Shown: positions 49,155 through 63,556 of the stretch, one piece after another
Layout: each line of letters starts with the position of its first letter
Numbering within the stretch: position 1 is the stretch's first letter
NCBI GenBank assembly: GCA_003427395.1
Contig: BFEA01000013.1
Coordinates: 1,634,755-1,698,754, forward strand
Reading direction: 5' to 3'
Source of the DNA: Chara braunii
Taxonomy: Eukaryota; Plantae; Charophyceae
DNA length: 64,000 bases
Notes under the pieces: model-generated
Databases searched by the model: none
Told to the model about the DNA's origin: nothing
The model's input: only the letters and a program-made list of their open reading frames with translations
Translations under genes and position numbers: made by a program

Positions 49155-51957
49155 GACCATAAACGAACGTCGTAATCACGAGTGAAATGAGAGAGTGAAC
49201 GCGCGTTGAACAACGATCATCTTGATCTCCGTTGGCAGAAACAAACGTACCTATCCACGCGTGATCATCGAAATCTTCATCATCGTCATCGACCTCAGCG
49301 GAAAAGTGGGCGCGCAGCCACGCGTGATCATAAGGATCATCATCGTTAGCATCCTCGTCAGCCCGAAGGTGCGCATTTCGACACGTGATCAACAACGGCG
49401 CCATTGCTCGATTTAGGGGAGAGGATGTGTGCAGCAGCGCCCGATCATCCGGACCATCATCATCATTGCGAGTTAGCAGATCATTATCGCGAGTGGGCAG
49501 GCTGGTCATCGCGGGGGAGCAGATCATCATCGCAAGCGGGTTAGTAGCGAGTAAGTAGGGTGTCAGGGGCACCACCATCGTAAATACGTTAATCATCACA
49601 CGGGTCTTCAGGAGCGTGCGCTAATTACCTTGCATACCTTCATCGGATCAAGGGGAACCACAAAAATCAACTGCGGGGACCCAATTAGCGGGGTTACAAA
49701 GTTCAAAGGCGTGGAATACTTCACCTAGATTACAACCGCATCGATTTTCGGGCGGGCGGTCTGGGCTATCGAGCAGATTGCCATGTGTCATGAATGAGCA
49801 ATTGTGAGGATTGTTCAACATATTATCGGTAGGACAAAAATAATAACTATGTCGAACAAAGCAAACGAGTCAAGGCTGAGACTTTTGGATCAGGCGGGAC
49901 AAGACAAGGGCCACGGAAATTGTACCGAACACGGCAAAAGCCGAAGATAATTTAGACAGGGAAGTCTGGGACCAGGTGAGACCAATAACAAAATTTTTGT
50001 ATAGAAACAAGAATTTACTCGATGTGCGTGGGAGAAACCGGGACGACTTCTTTCTTTATACACTCTCAGATAGGGATTAAAACTTACACGCAGAGGGACG
50101 AACAGGGGATTTTCCTGAGCCATATTAATTTTATACTCGGATTGTTTTTTCTTGCGCACGAGAACTGAATGAATAATTTATTTGGAATAATTGGACCGGA
50201 CTGGACTTCACTCGAGAGAGGACCGGACAACGAACTTTATGGTAAAAGTAGAGCTTGAGCTCTTACCTCAATGGGCCCGCGATTCTACTTCGGACTCAGA
50301 GAGCTTTAGGACGGTCCTTTGGGACCGATGGGCACATTACTGACACCACCCTATAGGACGAATGGTCGCGCCTAGAATGTTTATGCGATCCGTTGGGACT
50401 CGAGTGGATTTTTCAGACTCTGGCAATGGACAAGCTTCTGAGGCTTGTTGCAGCGCATCTCACCTCATTATTCTGGACTAAACAACAATATTTTTTTTGT
50501 TCCTTCCCACAATTTTCCTTCCTCAACAGGGTTTGTTAGTCTTGTTCATGGTGTTGACTTATTTCTGGTGATACTTGCTAGGTTGTTTTTTTTCCTACAG
50601 GATATAAGAGCCTCAAACAACCCTCCTCTGGGTGACAGACACGGGGCAAATTAAAGGGGTGGTTCAACGTGCAGGCGGACCCAACCATTGGTTGATAGTG
50701 GCGCCGTTGTCGGGGATGGATGCCTCTCGGGACTTCGGTCCGCCTGCAACGGTAGAGGCGCGATAGACTTTAGGAGTGGAAGTTCTGATTACTACTTCAA
50801 TAGTTAACTTGTTGATTTCTCTTGGTGGGTGCAGGTGTGGCGCTGGACGTCAGCACGCGACATGCGGTTTCGACCCATCTCGACGCCCGGTAAGACTAGT
50901 GATTTATACATTTCGATTTTGCATGCTCTTTTTGCATGAACGCTATCTTCTTTTTCATGCTATGACTACGATTGAGGGAGATATGTTCTGATTTTTCCAT
51001 CCTTTGGTCAGTCTGCCCGATCGAAACTCATGGAGAGACAATTAAGAGCAGGGGAAGAACTGTACGGAAAGAAGGGGAAGGGGAGAAACGCCCCCAGATC
51101 TTGCAAGGAGTTTAGGAGGGAAACTAGATAGGTTTAGTTGATTAAGGTGGACAGCTGGGGGAATTGATTCACTACACGTGTCGGGGTGAGACCATGCCTG
51201 AGGTGGGCCGAATAGAGGCATGAATAAGGGTAAGGTTGCACGAGTAACACCGCCTCTTCGTCCGCTTATGACTTCTGTCCACCTTGAGACACATGAGTTG
51301 GCCGGCTCGTGTCCACGTCGCAGTGGGCCAGGCAGGTCAGCGGTGATGGTAATCTAACCAATCCTCCGGCTCAACATGAGGGTAAGGAGAGGTACGCCAG
51401 AGGGCGGTTCCTTACTAGGCATGTTGACGTTTTGAAGGGTTACAAAATTGGTCGACGGGGGCCTATCGTGTGGGTCTGTGACCTCGTCAGTCCAAGAGTG
51501 GGCACAGGGGTGAATCGATTGAGAGAGATAGTGGATTGTTTCTTTATAAGGACTGGTGTTTATAGAGTCACAAACAGAAGTCCATGTTATCCGTGGTACG
51601 GGTTCACTTGAGCGAGTAGATTTGCCCCTAAAAGGAAGGAGTAAATACATAAAAACGAGAGAACAAGGGGTCTTGGTGTGGGTAAGGATCAAATGTAATC
51701 CAAGGAGCTATGCCAGAAGGGATAGAGAGCATGTGCCATTTTTAGCAGAAGTGAACGTCATGATATACTTGTCGCTAGATGAATGAAAGTTATCGGTAAT
51801 AGATACTATTAGGCATTGTCGGACACTTCCAAGTCTGACCGCACTTAGCTACAACTACGGTCCACAACTCTTCGGTAAATTTTCGGTGAGCACAAACACT
51901 ATCACTCACTACAGGGTTCGTTATGCTTATGATTGAGAATCCTCTAGGACCACGACA
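49155..51957. repeat. Block B' (duplicate of 45156-47938)
   Basis: Same alignment as block B. Confidence 0.92.
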
Positions 51958-51978
51958 GTGTCAAATCCCCGGTGACAA

Positions 51979-52743
51979 ACTTTTTCTTCTTGGCTGGCAG
52001 CCCCAATTGTTGTGGTCCAATAGCCCTGAGCCCTTGAAATTTCTGGATTGTCCTTGCCTGGGCGATGTACTGGTGGTTTCACTCTCTTTCCTAGATAATT
52101 AATCCAATCTTCGAAAATACTACCAGTCCATCCCACTCTTACCCACTACATCAAGATATTACATGCCCCGTAATACTGCCACCCTACCCACCCCGGCCAC
52201 CAAGTTGTCTAATACCCCACATATCCCATACCTCCTCCCCCCTACCCCCGACTTGGCAACCCTCGAGTCTCACTGCTCCCTACGTATCATGAAGCTCTGT
52301 TCGCCGCGTTTTGGCTAAGTAAGTCGTGCAGTTTCTGTTCTGATCAATTTAATATCTAATCCGTGGTCCACTGAGGCCGTAAAAAAAAAAAGAAGCCATG
52401 TCATGCTGCCAAGTCCTTACCTCTAAAAATGACATCATCACTAAGTGGCCTGGCACATTCGCGTGTTGCAAATTACCTAAATTTCTCCCCGTCTTAGGGT
52501 TTCTGCCACCATCACCTGGAAGCATTCCACACTACGCTCGCTATCGCCCTTCTCGCAACATAGACCTTTGGTCTCAGTCACCTCCTCATTGAGGTCGAAT
52601 GTTGATAAGCTCCCTCTCTGGGCTGTGTATAAGCTTAGACACCCTACGCAACGGCGATGGCTGCATTTGGCGAAATCGAGGTTGAAGACATCAACAACTT
52701 CACGGTGGGTCTCCTCCCTCAACTTCTTTATCCCCCCCCCCCC

Positions 52744-52821
<78 letters not shown>

Positions 52822-54682
52822 NNNNNNNNNNNNNNNNNNNNNNNNNNNNNNNNNNNNNNNNNNNNNNNNNNNNNNNNNNNNNNNNNNNNNNNNNNNNNNN
52901 NNNNNNNNNNNNNNNNNNNNNNNNNNGGGGGAAGGGGGTACGGGGCGGCCAGAGGACTACTGTCTCAGAAATAGCGACTATGTCGTCCCTCCTCCCTTCC
53001 ATTTCTCCCATCTCTCTTAAATCACCAGTACTTATCCCAACTATGTCCCCAATACTCTTAAAGCAAGGAGCGGGTGTTGTGTAACTGTCCCACGCGAGCC
53101 CCCGATTCCTGTGTTGGAAACGCACGGGCCCGAACTGACAGACCCACTTGGGAGGCCGAATCACGTGAAACCCCAACTCCTGTGGCGCTCGCCCGAAAGA
53201 CAAGCGGGCCGGGCCCAACCAAAACTCGGTTTGTCACCGACGGCGAGAAGTTTGTCGAACGACGGTCAGTGGGCAGGTGTAGAGCAGGGCCGACGAGCGG
53301 CACAAGGAGATCAGTAGAGATGCAGGTCCACATACGTGCAGAGGCGTGCGGTAGGTAGGAGTGGGAGGAGCTGTAGGAGGAGGAGGAGAAGCGGGAGGAG
53401 CGAGAAGAGGGGTGAGAGACGGAGCTGGAGGACGAACAGGGGGAAGAGCAGGAGAAGCAACGGGAGAAGGAACAGCTGGAGGAGCGGGAGGAGCAGCAGG
53501 AGGGGGAGCGGGAGAAGGAGAGGGAAAAGGAGTGGGAGGAGTGGGAAGAGGAGTGGGAGAAGGATCGGGAGTGGGAGGAGGACGAAGTTGTGTTGGAGGA
53601 GCAATGAAAGGTCAGTCTCTCTCTTTTTCTCTATGTGGCTAGCCATGCGGTGGGCCGTTTTTTTTGTTTTAGTAGGAGATGGCTATGGCAGGATCTTTAT
53701 CACGTTGTTTCGCGAAGGAGGAGCACGAGCAGGAGGAGTGGGAGGTGTGGGAGAAGGAGCGGGAAAAGGGGTGGGAGGAGGAGCGGGAGAAGGAGCAGCA
53801 GGAGGAGCGGGATGAGGAGCGGAAGGGGAAATGGGGAGGGGGTTAGGAGTGGGAGGAGCGTGAGGGGAAACAGGAAGGGGGAGGAGGCGCGAGAGGGGGA
53901 GGGGGAGGAGGAGCGGGAGGAGGAGCGAGAGGGGAAACGAGGAGGGGGTTAACCAACTTGCGGGAGAGGGTAGTGAAAGCAGCAGGAGGGAAGGGAGGAC
54001 AAGGGTGGGGGGGTGAGGGGTGGATGTGGACCAACTTTGTTTGTCTCTTTTTCTCTCTCTGTCTCTCTCTCACACACACACACACACATCCAGTCGATCA
54101 ATCAATCAATCAATCAATCAATAAGTTCAATTGATAAATTGATTGATTGGTTAATTGATTTTTCGTTTTCTGTTTGGAAAAATTGGGCGGGTGGAGGGTT
54201 GATCGGAGGCGTGGAAGTGGGTTGATTGATGGATTGATTGATTGATTGATTGATAAAAAAAAAAAAAAAACGGATCGCCCCGTTTTCCATTTTTGTTTTT
54301 GGTTTTCAATCAATCAATCAATTAATTAATTGATTGATCAAACAATCGATTGATTAATTGATTGATTGGGCGGGGGGAAATAAGAAGGCGACGGGAGAAG
54401 CAGCGGGACAAGGAGCGAGAGGAGAAGCTGGAGGAGACCCGGTGTCGGGCGGTTCCAGCCTTACGCCGCCTTTTAATTCCTTGAGAAAGGCAGTTCGTGA
54501 GGACCGAGTTTGATCACTACAGCCAATTCGGGCACAGTTCTCCTTGAGATCAGCGACGACAAGACTAAATGGAAAGACATGAGAGCCGAAATGTTGGGGG
54601 ATAAAATCGACCAAAACTGTGGGAGGTATTTATGAAGGCACCTATTTTTTTATGAACGGAGAATATTTAAAAATTATGATAA
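51979..54682. repeat. Block A' (duplicate of 40056-43012), directly downstream of the Helitron coding region on the minus strand
   Basis: Same alignment as block A. Confidence 0.92.
52302..52378 (+). pseudogene. U2 snRNA 5' fragment (degenerate), second copy
   Basis: ttttggctaagtaagtcgtgcagtttctgttctgatcaatttaatatctaatccgtggtcca followed by an A run. Confidence 0.82.
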
Positions 54683-55671
54683 CAAGTGGACCCGCCGCAG
54701 CGACGCTGCGGCGAAAGACGGGCAGGGAACAGAAAATGAAAGACATGCAGAAAAAGGAAAAGGAGATATGCATTTCAGGCGATGGAGGAACGCATGGTTT
54801 CTTTGTGTCCATCTCCGGTTTTCGGGCTCTCGTTGTCTCTCTGTTTCACTTTCTCGCCTTGTCTGTGCCTTTAGCTTGCCCCTGGAGCTTTTGTCGCTGA
54901 TGGATCCGGTCGATGGATGCGCATGTCTGTCTGGCCTTCCAGCGCACACTTGTAATTTGTCTTCTCCTTGTGCGCTGGCGTCGTCGGCGGGCCGAGGTGT
55001 CTTCGGTGGAAGCGGTCTCATATTCGGAGCCCACAAATGTCTTGCATTGTTTGCAGAAGGGCCAAGATTCGGCGGAGGAAGTTGTAGAGGTTTTAGTGTG
55101 GCGGTGTAGGAGCAAGGGCCCGGAGTTGTGTAACAGCGCGGTGGACAATGCCGGCGCGGAAGGCAGAGAAGGGGGGGAGCGGCAATTGCATATGATCGTG
55201 GTGAAGAAAAATGAGGCTGTCAAGATAATCCCAGGTGCGCGGTGGGTGAGGAATATTATAGATGGCGAATGTATGACGGGCGGCGAGGATATCATGGATG
55301 ACGGTTGTTGCACTTGTGATGCCCCAGGGCTTGAGCGGGAGCCACCAGGGTGGACCGGGCTCACTGACAGCGTGAGGGCGGAGAAATGGTTGTTGCGGAA
55401 GCGGTGCAGAACGAATGAAGGAATGTTTATGATGGGCAGTGGTGATGCGTTCGTATTGATATTGTGGTCGCGGTGTGCAAGGGGAAGGTGTTTGATTGTA
55501 ATCATCGTTGAGGAGTTTCAGCATGAATGTTCGCGAATGTGAGTAACGAATGCTGGGATCGGGTGATGGATTAGGACGGCGGAGAGAAAGGGTGCGTTTG
55601 TCTTTGTGAGCGGAAAAGAACTCGTATACGTGAGGTGAGAAAGCCGCATGGTCAGTGACGACAAAGCCTTC

Positions 55672-56431
55672 CTAGAGAAGTCGTTCAATAATATGTTCGA
55701 TATTATCTTTGTTAATGAGAGTGAGCCAAGCATCCCATCTAATGGGTGTGGAGGTTGTGATGGTGGAAGCAACAGTTTGCGATGTGGAAGGGTGCGAGGA
55801 TGGGAGAGGGATTTGGCTCAGTGTGATGTCATCCAATCCAAGGCATGGGAGAATAGTGGTCGCAGGGGATGACGAAGATAGAGGTTTTGAAGCAGAGGAT
55901 GTTGTAGGCATTGTGTGAGAAGCACCGTCAGTGGTGACAGTTGCAGTGTCGGACGTCGAAATAGCAAAAACTTGGATATCATCATCAGCAGTCGACAGCG
56001 AGGTCTTGACGGTCGGAGCGCTGGACGTTGAAGCAATAAGATCTTGGATAGAGGATGTTGTAGATATTGTGTGAGAAGCACTGGCAGGGGTGACAGTTGC
56101 AATGTCGGACGTTGAAGTAGCAGAAACTTGGATATCATCAGCCGCGGTCGATGGCGACGTCTTGATAGTCAGAGTGTTGGACGTTGAAGCAACAAGATCT
56201 TGGATATCAGCAGTAGTGGCCGACAGTGAGGTCTTCAATTTTTTGCCCGTCGGAGAATTTTCTGGAGAACCTGCAGGAAGGGAAAAAGACGAATTGAGCG
56301 GGGGTTAGAAAGAGTGCGAGGAAGTGATGGCAAAGTCGATGACAGGATGGTAGTTGTTGCGGTGGCGGACGTCAGGACGGAAGCGACGATGGATGAGGCG
56401 GCGGAAGAAGGGTTTGTGGGCAGCATCATGT
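55672..56431 (-). pseudogene. Ser/Thr-rich accessory ORF fragments with a ~156-bp internal repeat, downstream of RepHel
   Basis: IQDL.ASTS...T.KTS.STA.DDIQV.A.STSD.ATVT...ASHT..TTSS occurs twice in ORF 55672-56238. Confidence 0.45.
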
Positions 56432-56509
56432 TAGTTGAAGGGAGCGGCGAGGCGATAGCGAACGTGCAGGGCAATGAGAAATTTGGTGGCAAAAAGAGCG
56501 AGGTTCGTT

Positions 56510-59500
56510 TTAGACCAAAATTTCTTTGTAGACATTGTTTGTTGTGTGGTGTAGTGGTGTCGGGAGGGCGAAGCGGATGTGTGCAGGATCGCCGACTCTG
56601 GAGGCGGCAACATATAGTTGACCATGTGCAAATGGCGGTTGGTGTAGGTCGACGCCAGCGTGTTTGACTGATTGGCCTTGGGATTTGTTTATAGTGATGG
56701 CGAAGGCGGGGCGGGTAGGGAACTGGCGTCTTTGCCACGGGAACGGGGAGGTCGTATCTGTTACTGTAAGGAGTATGCGCGGGAGAAGAACTGGCTGGAG
56801 AGTGGGGAGTGTGCGAGCATGGAGTAGTCTGTTGTTGGTGACGGAGTCGACGATGACCCGTGTTCCATTACAAAGGTTGTTTCGCATTGCAATATTTCGT
56901 AGGACAATAGCCGGTGCATGTTTTTTCATGCGGAGGATATGCCGAGAGTCTGCGCTGAGTGATGTGATGATTTATCCAGGGAAAGAATCAAGGATGATGT
57001 TGTTGAGTGTGGAAACGGTTTTGTTTTTAGGGGCTAAGATGAGGCGTTCGGATATCCAGTCAGGGTTTTGAAAATTGGTTTGGAGGTCGGGGAATGTCCA
57101 TTCGATGAGGTCAGCGGTACCGCCGTGGAGACATAAGTGGGGGGCCAATGAGATAGTGTTGGGCGGAGTTTCGTGAGGGTGTTCGAGCTCGCCGTTCCCT
57201 GGTGCGAGGAGCCATTGTGCGTAGTCTCGTCCTTCAGGAGTGGCGATTTGGGTCTGCACTCGCATGTTTTCAGAGAGGTGCATGGTTTCAAAGTGGGTCC
57301 ATAACGGCGACGATTTGACGCATGCGTCTATTGTTTGTGGTCGTGTGCCTTTAGTGATGACGGGGAGGATTTGTCGGAAGTCGCCGCCGAGGACGACGAT
57401 TTTTTTACCAAATGGAAGCGTCGATGAGCAAATGTCTTGTAGAGTTCGATCAAGTGCTTCGATGTGAAATTTGTGTATCATGGGCGCCTCGTCCTAGAGG
57501 ATAACATCGGTCATGCGTATAAGGTCTGCGAGTGCAGATTGTTTGGGAATGTCAAATGTGGAAGTGGCGGTGGGACTGAGGGTTGCTTTGAAGCGCGAAT
57601 GGAAAGTGCGGCCTCCGTCTAGCAAGCAAGAGCACTGCGGTTGTGGAGACGAAGATATGCAAGAATCGTGTTGAAGCAAAAGGTCTTGCCTGTGCCTGCA
57701 AGCGCATCAACAAATAGGTAAAGCGGTTCATTGTTTTCAACGGCGCGGACGATACGTTGGAAGATTGCATGTTGGGATGGTGTTAAACGCGGGAGGTTGT
57801 TGTCGAGGGTGCGCCGCAGGATATGTTGATCATAAGAGACTTCGTCATCGATGATTCGGGGGATGCCTTGGCGGCGCGGTCTTTCGGAAAGATTTTCTGC
57901 TTGGTCTCGATCTTCTGCGGTCGGGGCAGTGAGACCGACGTCGCAAAGTTCTTTGCCTTCTTTTTGGAGGCGGTTTTCGATGTCAAGTAAGACCATTGTT
58001 TTGATAATAGATGCTGGGACTTGGACATCACGAAGATTTCTATGAAAATCGTCTGTCATTTGTTCCCAATGGGTTTCAAAGAACTCATTTGGATCGCCAA
58101 TAGCACAATGGAGAATTATGTGGACGAAAAGGTCGCGTACCATGGGTGATGATGATGTGAAAATAGCATCTTGCAGGACAACACCGAATTGGGTATTGTC
58201 GTTCAAGAGGTCGAGGGCCTTGCATGCGGAGTGGTATGTTGGGTGAATTTCTCCGGCAACAGTTCGAAGATGCTGAAAACTTATAGCGCCGCAGGAATGT
58301 GGCGAGAGCAGAAGAATTCGGAGGTAGAATGTGTCACCCCCATTTGGGTGGATTGTATGTAGTCGCCCGATTGTGTTCATTGTGTTTCGGCGAGCAGTCC
58401 AGCGTTTTGTGGTTTTGTCGAAACGAAAGCGGCGTATCATATCTTTGTAGAGCGGTTTGTCATCTTCAGGATCTTGAAGATGAGCAGCATTCCATTTAAA
58501 CCATGCCGTGAGTTCTGTTTCGGGCGGCGGCGCATGCGCAATTTGTAGGGCCTGTCGATGACGGAAATATACACATTGCCGGTTTTCGGTGTGAACAGGC
58601 AGAGGCGTGACAGCGTGGTAGCGATCGCATAAGGCAAAATCGAAAATACGCCAACAGGATTCAACAACACCAATTGTTCTCATATTATGGCATGTTTGAA
58701 TTTCGTCCTCAGTATATATTGCCTCAGCGACCATTGCTCGATCAGGCCGTTTGAGAATATACTCAAACATGTATCGGCATGCAACGGTTGAGGCACAAAT
58801 TTTGACATGTGCGATATCAGAGGAGGTAGGGGTTATAAGGGACAACCCAGGAATTATCAATTTCAGTGTCACCGCGAAGTGTTGTCAGTCCTCCGTTATC
58901 AGGCGAATGGCGACTGTAAATTGGGTATCCGGTTTCTCCATTCCAGGTTGTGCGTTTGGAGAAATCTTTAGGGAAAAAGCGTGTGCAACGGTCGTTATGC
59001 ATACATGATGCGTGCATGTTGTGCGCACCACATGGATTTGAGCAAGGACGAGCTCTCGCAATGTAGGATTGGTAGGAAGTTCGGCAGAAACAACAGAATC
59101 AATTTGTTCGGGTGTTTGAAATTTGTGGTCTTGTTTGAGTGTGACAATAATGTGCGCGTGCGGCAGACCACGTTTTTGGAATTCAATGACATATGTATAT
59201 GACGTTGTTGGGCCGAATATGTGAGTCGAGTGTATGTCGTGGATGAGTTGGCGAAGGTATCCTTTGAAAACACGGGCAAGGAGGTCAGGACGGTCTGCTG
59301 GTTGTTGATTCACGAAGAGTGCACTTTGTATTTCGGGCCAATGCGGGTTGCATGTGAAAGTGAGGAATAAGTAAGGCGCTCCGTATTCTTGGACGGTCGC
59401 CATGACATCTTGATATCGACAGTGCATGTCACGGGGACCTCTAGTGATTGTTCCAGGCAGGATAATGCGCTGGCCAACATTTTTTGTGTTGTCATATTGC

Positions 59501-60750
59501 ATAACATGATCTTTAAGGCTTTGGTATAGGTCGGCGCATATTTCTGTTTGGTGTAAGCGATTGTATAGGAGGCGACCATTTTCAATTTTTGCGAATGCCA
59601 TACAAACGTATTGTTGAAAAAGTCGAGAGGAGCGAAAAAGGGTCGTTCTTTCAGTAACACGTGTGTTCAAGTGAAAAGCGTAAAATTCTCTTGCTGTAGT
59701 AGATCGAACGACGTCTTCATCATCGCAATCACATTCAGGTGTCCATCCGTCATCACCTTTAGGAAAAAGGAGAACGTAATGGAGGGGATCAAAAGCACGG
59801 TTTGTTTCAGGGATTGCAATAATACCCCCTTCACGTTTGTGAATTTTGATTTTGCGGTTCGTAGGTTGGTCGTGCATGCAGACACAAATCTTTTTAAGGC
59901 CTTCCGGTTTGTTGTAACGCCGTGCATACTGGCCTGTTGGCCGAGCGTCAGGATTGATGACAATGTGATAGTCATTTAATATTTCGTCAGGCATTTCAGA
60001 AACAGTAATGAAGTCTTGAACCCACGAGTTGCACGAGCACAAGAGTGCATGCAGTTTTCGGAGGAGGAATTTTATACTTCGAACTGTTGCAAGAGGTGTG
60101 TCGATAGGGAGATTGAGACGATTGAGGTGAAGAAGTGTAGCGCCATGTTCATCTTGTGGGTCGTAGACGTAAATTTGCGCAAAAGCAGGTTGATTGTTCG
60201 GTTGCGGAAAGAGGGGGCCCAAGTTTTGTCGGAGTTCGCCCTCAATTCACAACATACCTGGCCAAGCGCCCAGAGGATATTGTGTTTCTTTGACAGTTTG
60301 CGATGTTAGTGCGAGTGCATTGTTAAATTGCCGCGCTCGTGTTCGCAAGAGTCTGTCGTGCGATGTGTCGGATTCCCATAGTTGCAGGATTTGATATTTT
60401 GGGGTTTGCGGTGGAGGGAGCTGCCATATTTCCGGTTCGACTTTGCCTCGGCGGCAACATGACGTCGTCCATGGATGTTCGTGTTGCCATTTCTCCGCAC
60501 GCCAATGACCGCACGGTGTTCTGTCACCAAGCGCCGCAACGGCGACAAAAATATGTTGTGTGATGAGAACGGCGGTGTAAATGCGCGCTGTATTGAATCG
60601 TGGCTGGATGCGGTTAACGTGTGTGTATCTATAGCGTTGTTGTAGTGTGCGATGTTCATGGCTTGCTCGTTGTTCTGCGGTGCGAGAAGATTCAACTGAA
60701 GGCGATTACACTTTTCCAGGGCGGAAGGATTCATCAACACAAACAAAGAA
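56510..60750 (-). mobile_element. Helitron Rep-helicase pseudogene (frameshifted)
   Basis: N-terminal Zn-finger remnant (W..E....CC..GKV, ~60440-60520). Rep motifs FLTFTCNPHWPEI, VIEFQKRGLPHAH and Y...Y..K. PIF1 motifs AGTGKTF, GGDFRQILPV, LCNGTR, TINKSQGQS and HGQLYVA.SRV. Confidence 0.96.
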
Positions 60751-61299
60751 CGACAAGCACAAAAACCATAGCAACGTGTTTAGCCGAGGAATAAACAGAA
60801 ACGCAAAAGCGGGAAAAGCATGCAGTATTTCATAACATGCACAAACACCATAGCAATGTGATTGGTTGATTGATTAATTGATTGACCGATTGAGTGGTTG
60901 ATTGGATCGATGAGCGGGGGAAAAAAAAAAATCAATAATAATATTTGTTCGACGGGTTGCTTGATTGTTTGATTGATCGAGAGAGCAACAAAGAATCATT
61001 TGTTGATTGATCGATTGATTGGTTGATTGATTGATTGATTGATCAATTGATTGATTGATTGGTTGATTGATTGATCGAGCGCTTGATTGATGACTCTGGT
61101 GCGGCGAAGGCATGTGAAGTAGGCTCACAACATGGATATTCCAAACGGGACATGGATCTGTTGTCCCTCCGCTTGGAAAAAAAAAAGGAGAAGAAAAAAA
61201 GAAAAAGATGGCTGCTAAGCGCCTGAAATCGCAGACAGACACTTTATTGAGAAGCGAATAGACCGAGTGCTTGTTTCATCATTGCATCGATGAACTGGT

Positions 61300-61344
<45 letters not shown>

Positions 61345-61920
61345 AACGAATTGGCGACGCGATGGGAAAAAAAAAAAGAAAAAAAAACCGTGCAGGAAGG
61401 GATTGTAGCGGCGACTATGCATTGATGGTGGGGAAAAAAAATTTAATAAATAACTCCGAGTGTGTGTCTACATCGTTGCTGTTGTGTTCGATTTCAGCCA
61501 AAGACGATGACAATTTTGCAGGGCGGAAGGATTCATCAACACAAAGAAAGAACAAAATACATAGAGGTCATGGAAACGTGTTAAAGTAGAAATGCAAAAG
61601 CGGGAAAAGCATGCAGTGTTTCCAGTACTGGGCAGAAACGAACTTGCATTGTGGGAAAAGGAAAAAGCTGGCTTAGTTTGATTGAGCGATTGCTTGCTTG
61701 CTTGCTTGATTGATTGATCGATCGATTGAGCGGCTAATAACATCGATGGGCACGAAATAATAATAATAATAATAATAATATTGATTGATTGATTGAGTGA
61801 TTGAGTGATTGAGTGATTGATCGAATGATTGATTGATTGCTTGATTGATCGATTGATTGATCGAGTACTCGATTGATCAGCTCGGTGCAACGAAGACATG
61901 TGTAGCAAGACGCGATTGAT
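60690..61920. repeat. Diverged ~810-bp-period duplication with (GATT)n tracts upstream of RepHel
   Basis: gggcggaaggattcatcaacacaaa and gcaaaagcgggaaaagcatgcagt occur at ~60719/60802 and ~61521/61594. Confidence 0.75.
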
Positions 61921-61955
61921 TGATGGATTGATCATCACATCGATCAAATGATTGT

Positions 61956-62050
<95 letters not shown>

Positions 62051-62395
62051 NNNNNNNNNNNNNNNNNNNNNNNNNNNNNNNNNNNNNNNNNNNNNNNNNN
62101 NNNNNNNNNNNNNNNNNNNNNNNNNNNNNNNNNNNNNNNNNNNNNNNNNNNNNNNNNNNNNNNNNNNNNNNNNNNNNNNNNNNNNNNNNNNNNNNNNNNN
62201 NNNNNNNNNNNNNNNNNNNNNNNNNNNNNNNNNNNNNNNNNNNNNNNNNNNNNNNNNNNNNNNNNNNNNNNNNNNNNNNNNNNNNNNNNNNNNNNNNNNN
62301 NNNNNNNNNNNNNNNNNNNNNNNNNNNNNNNNNNNNNNNNNNNNNNNNNNNNNNNNNNNNNNNNNNNNNNNNNNNNNNNNNNNNNNNNNNNNNNN

Positions 62396-62453
<58 letters not shown>

Positions 62454-63500
62454 AGGATCCGTGAAGCGCGCAGAAAAAGAAAAAAAAAAAATCGTCCGTC
62501 CGCGGGAGCTTTTTTTTTAATTTTTGCGATTATCATCGCAGTATTTGGGGGACATGATATATCGTCAAAGAGAGTCGCCTTAGGGGGAGAGAGAGAGAGA
62601 GGAGAGACAGAGAGAGAGAGAGCGAGTTTGATTGATTGGCTGATTGATAGGTTGATTGATTGAGAGAGAGAGAGAGAGAGAGAGGAGGGGAAAGAGAAAG
62701 CGAGAGAGAGAGCCGAGAGAGGAGAAAGATAAAGAGAGAGAGAGAATCATCCCCGGGCCGCCACGCGGCATCAGTAAAGGACGACCTTGGTGGGAGTTGC
62801 ACAATTCCATGTCCCTTCCGAAAGCACCCCCAACACCACCTCCCTGCCTCCCTCCCCCGTTACAAAACGCATTGCCTGTTTCCATGATCCACCACTAGGG
62901 CGCTGCCATCGCCCCGTGAATAGAACGCAAGGTCATTATAGATGTATTTGGGGCAAATTTTCACCCAGACACAGAGATAAATCGAACCATACGTTCTATT
63001 CGGGGGAAGCTGATAGACGCCCCTCGCGCCTGTTCGTCACTATTGATGGCAGATCGTGAGGAGACAGATCCAATCCATGGCCATAGCACGACCGATCCAA
63101 TCCCCCTGGGCAATTTAACTATTCCCGGACTATCTCTCTAATAGGAATGTCTCGTGTCGATTCGTTAAGAGCAAAAATAAAATGATGTCCAACACCTCTT
63201 AATTAATACACAATGATTACCCAAAAACAAAAAAAATAGCAACGCGGAACTTCGTTTCTTACAACCCAGAAATGAGTGGATTTCCAATCTTTAATTATTT
63301 GAATACCTGATCCGTGCTCACGAAATAAAACTCTGCTGCGAAAGTAATCCCCGCGCCCGATTCACTTCTTTAAAGTTCTTTTTTGTATCAACAAACGTGT
63401 CTTGTGGCAAAAGAAGGAGATTGTTTTCCATTTTCTCCTTCTTCGACCTTTTTTTTGAGAGGCGGGTTTGCCCGCATTTGTTTTTTAAAGGCGAATTGTC

Positions 63501-63556
63501 TGGAAACGATACACAGAAGATTGGAATGGCCCCGGTGCAAGGATGCCACGCACATT
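63501..63556 (+). pseudogene. U6 snRNA central fragment (degenerate)
   Basis: tggaaacgatacacagaagattggaatggccccggtgcaaggatgccacgcac versus U6 UGGAACGAUACAGAGAAGAUUAGCAUGGCCCCUGCGCAAGGAUGACACGCA. Confidence 0.85.
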
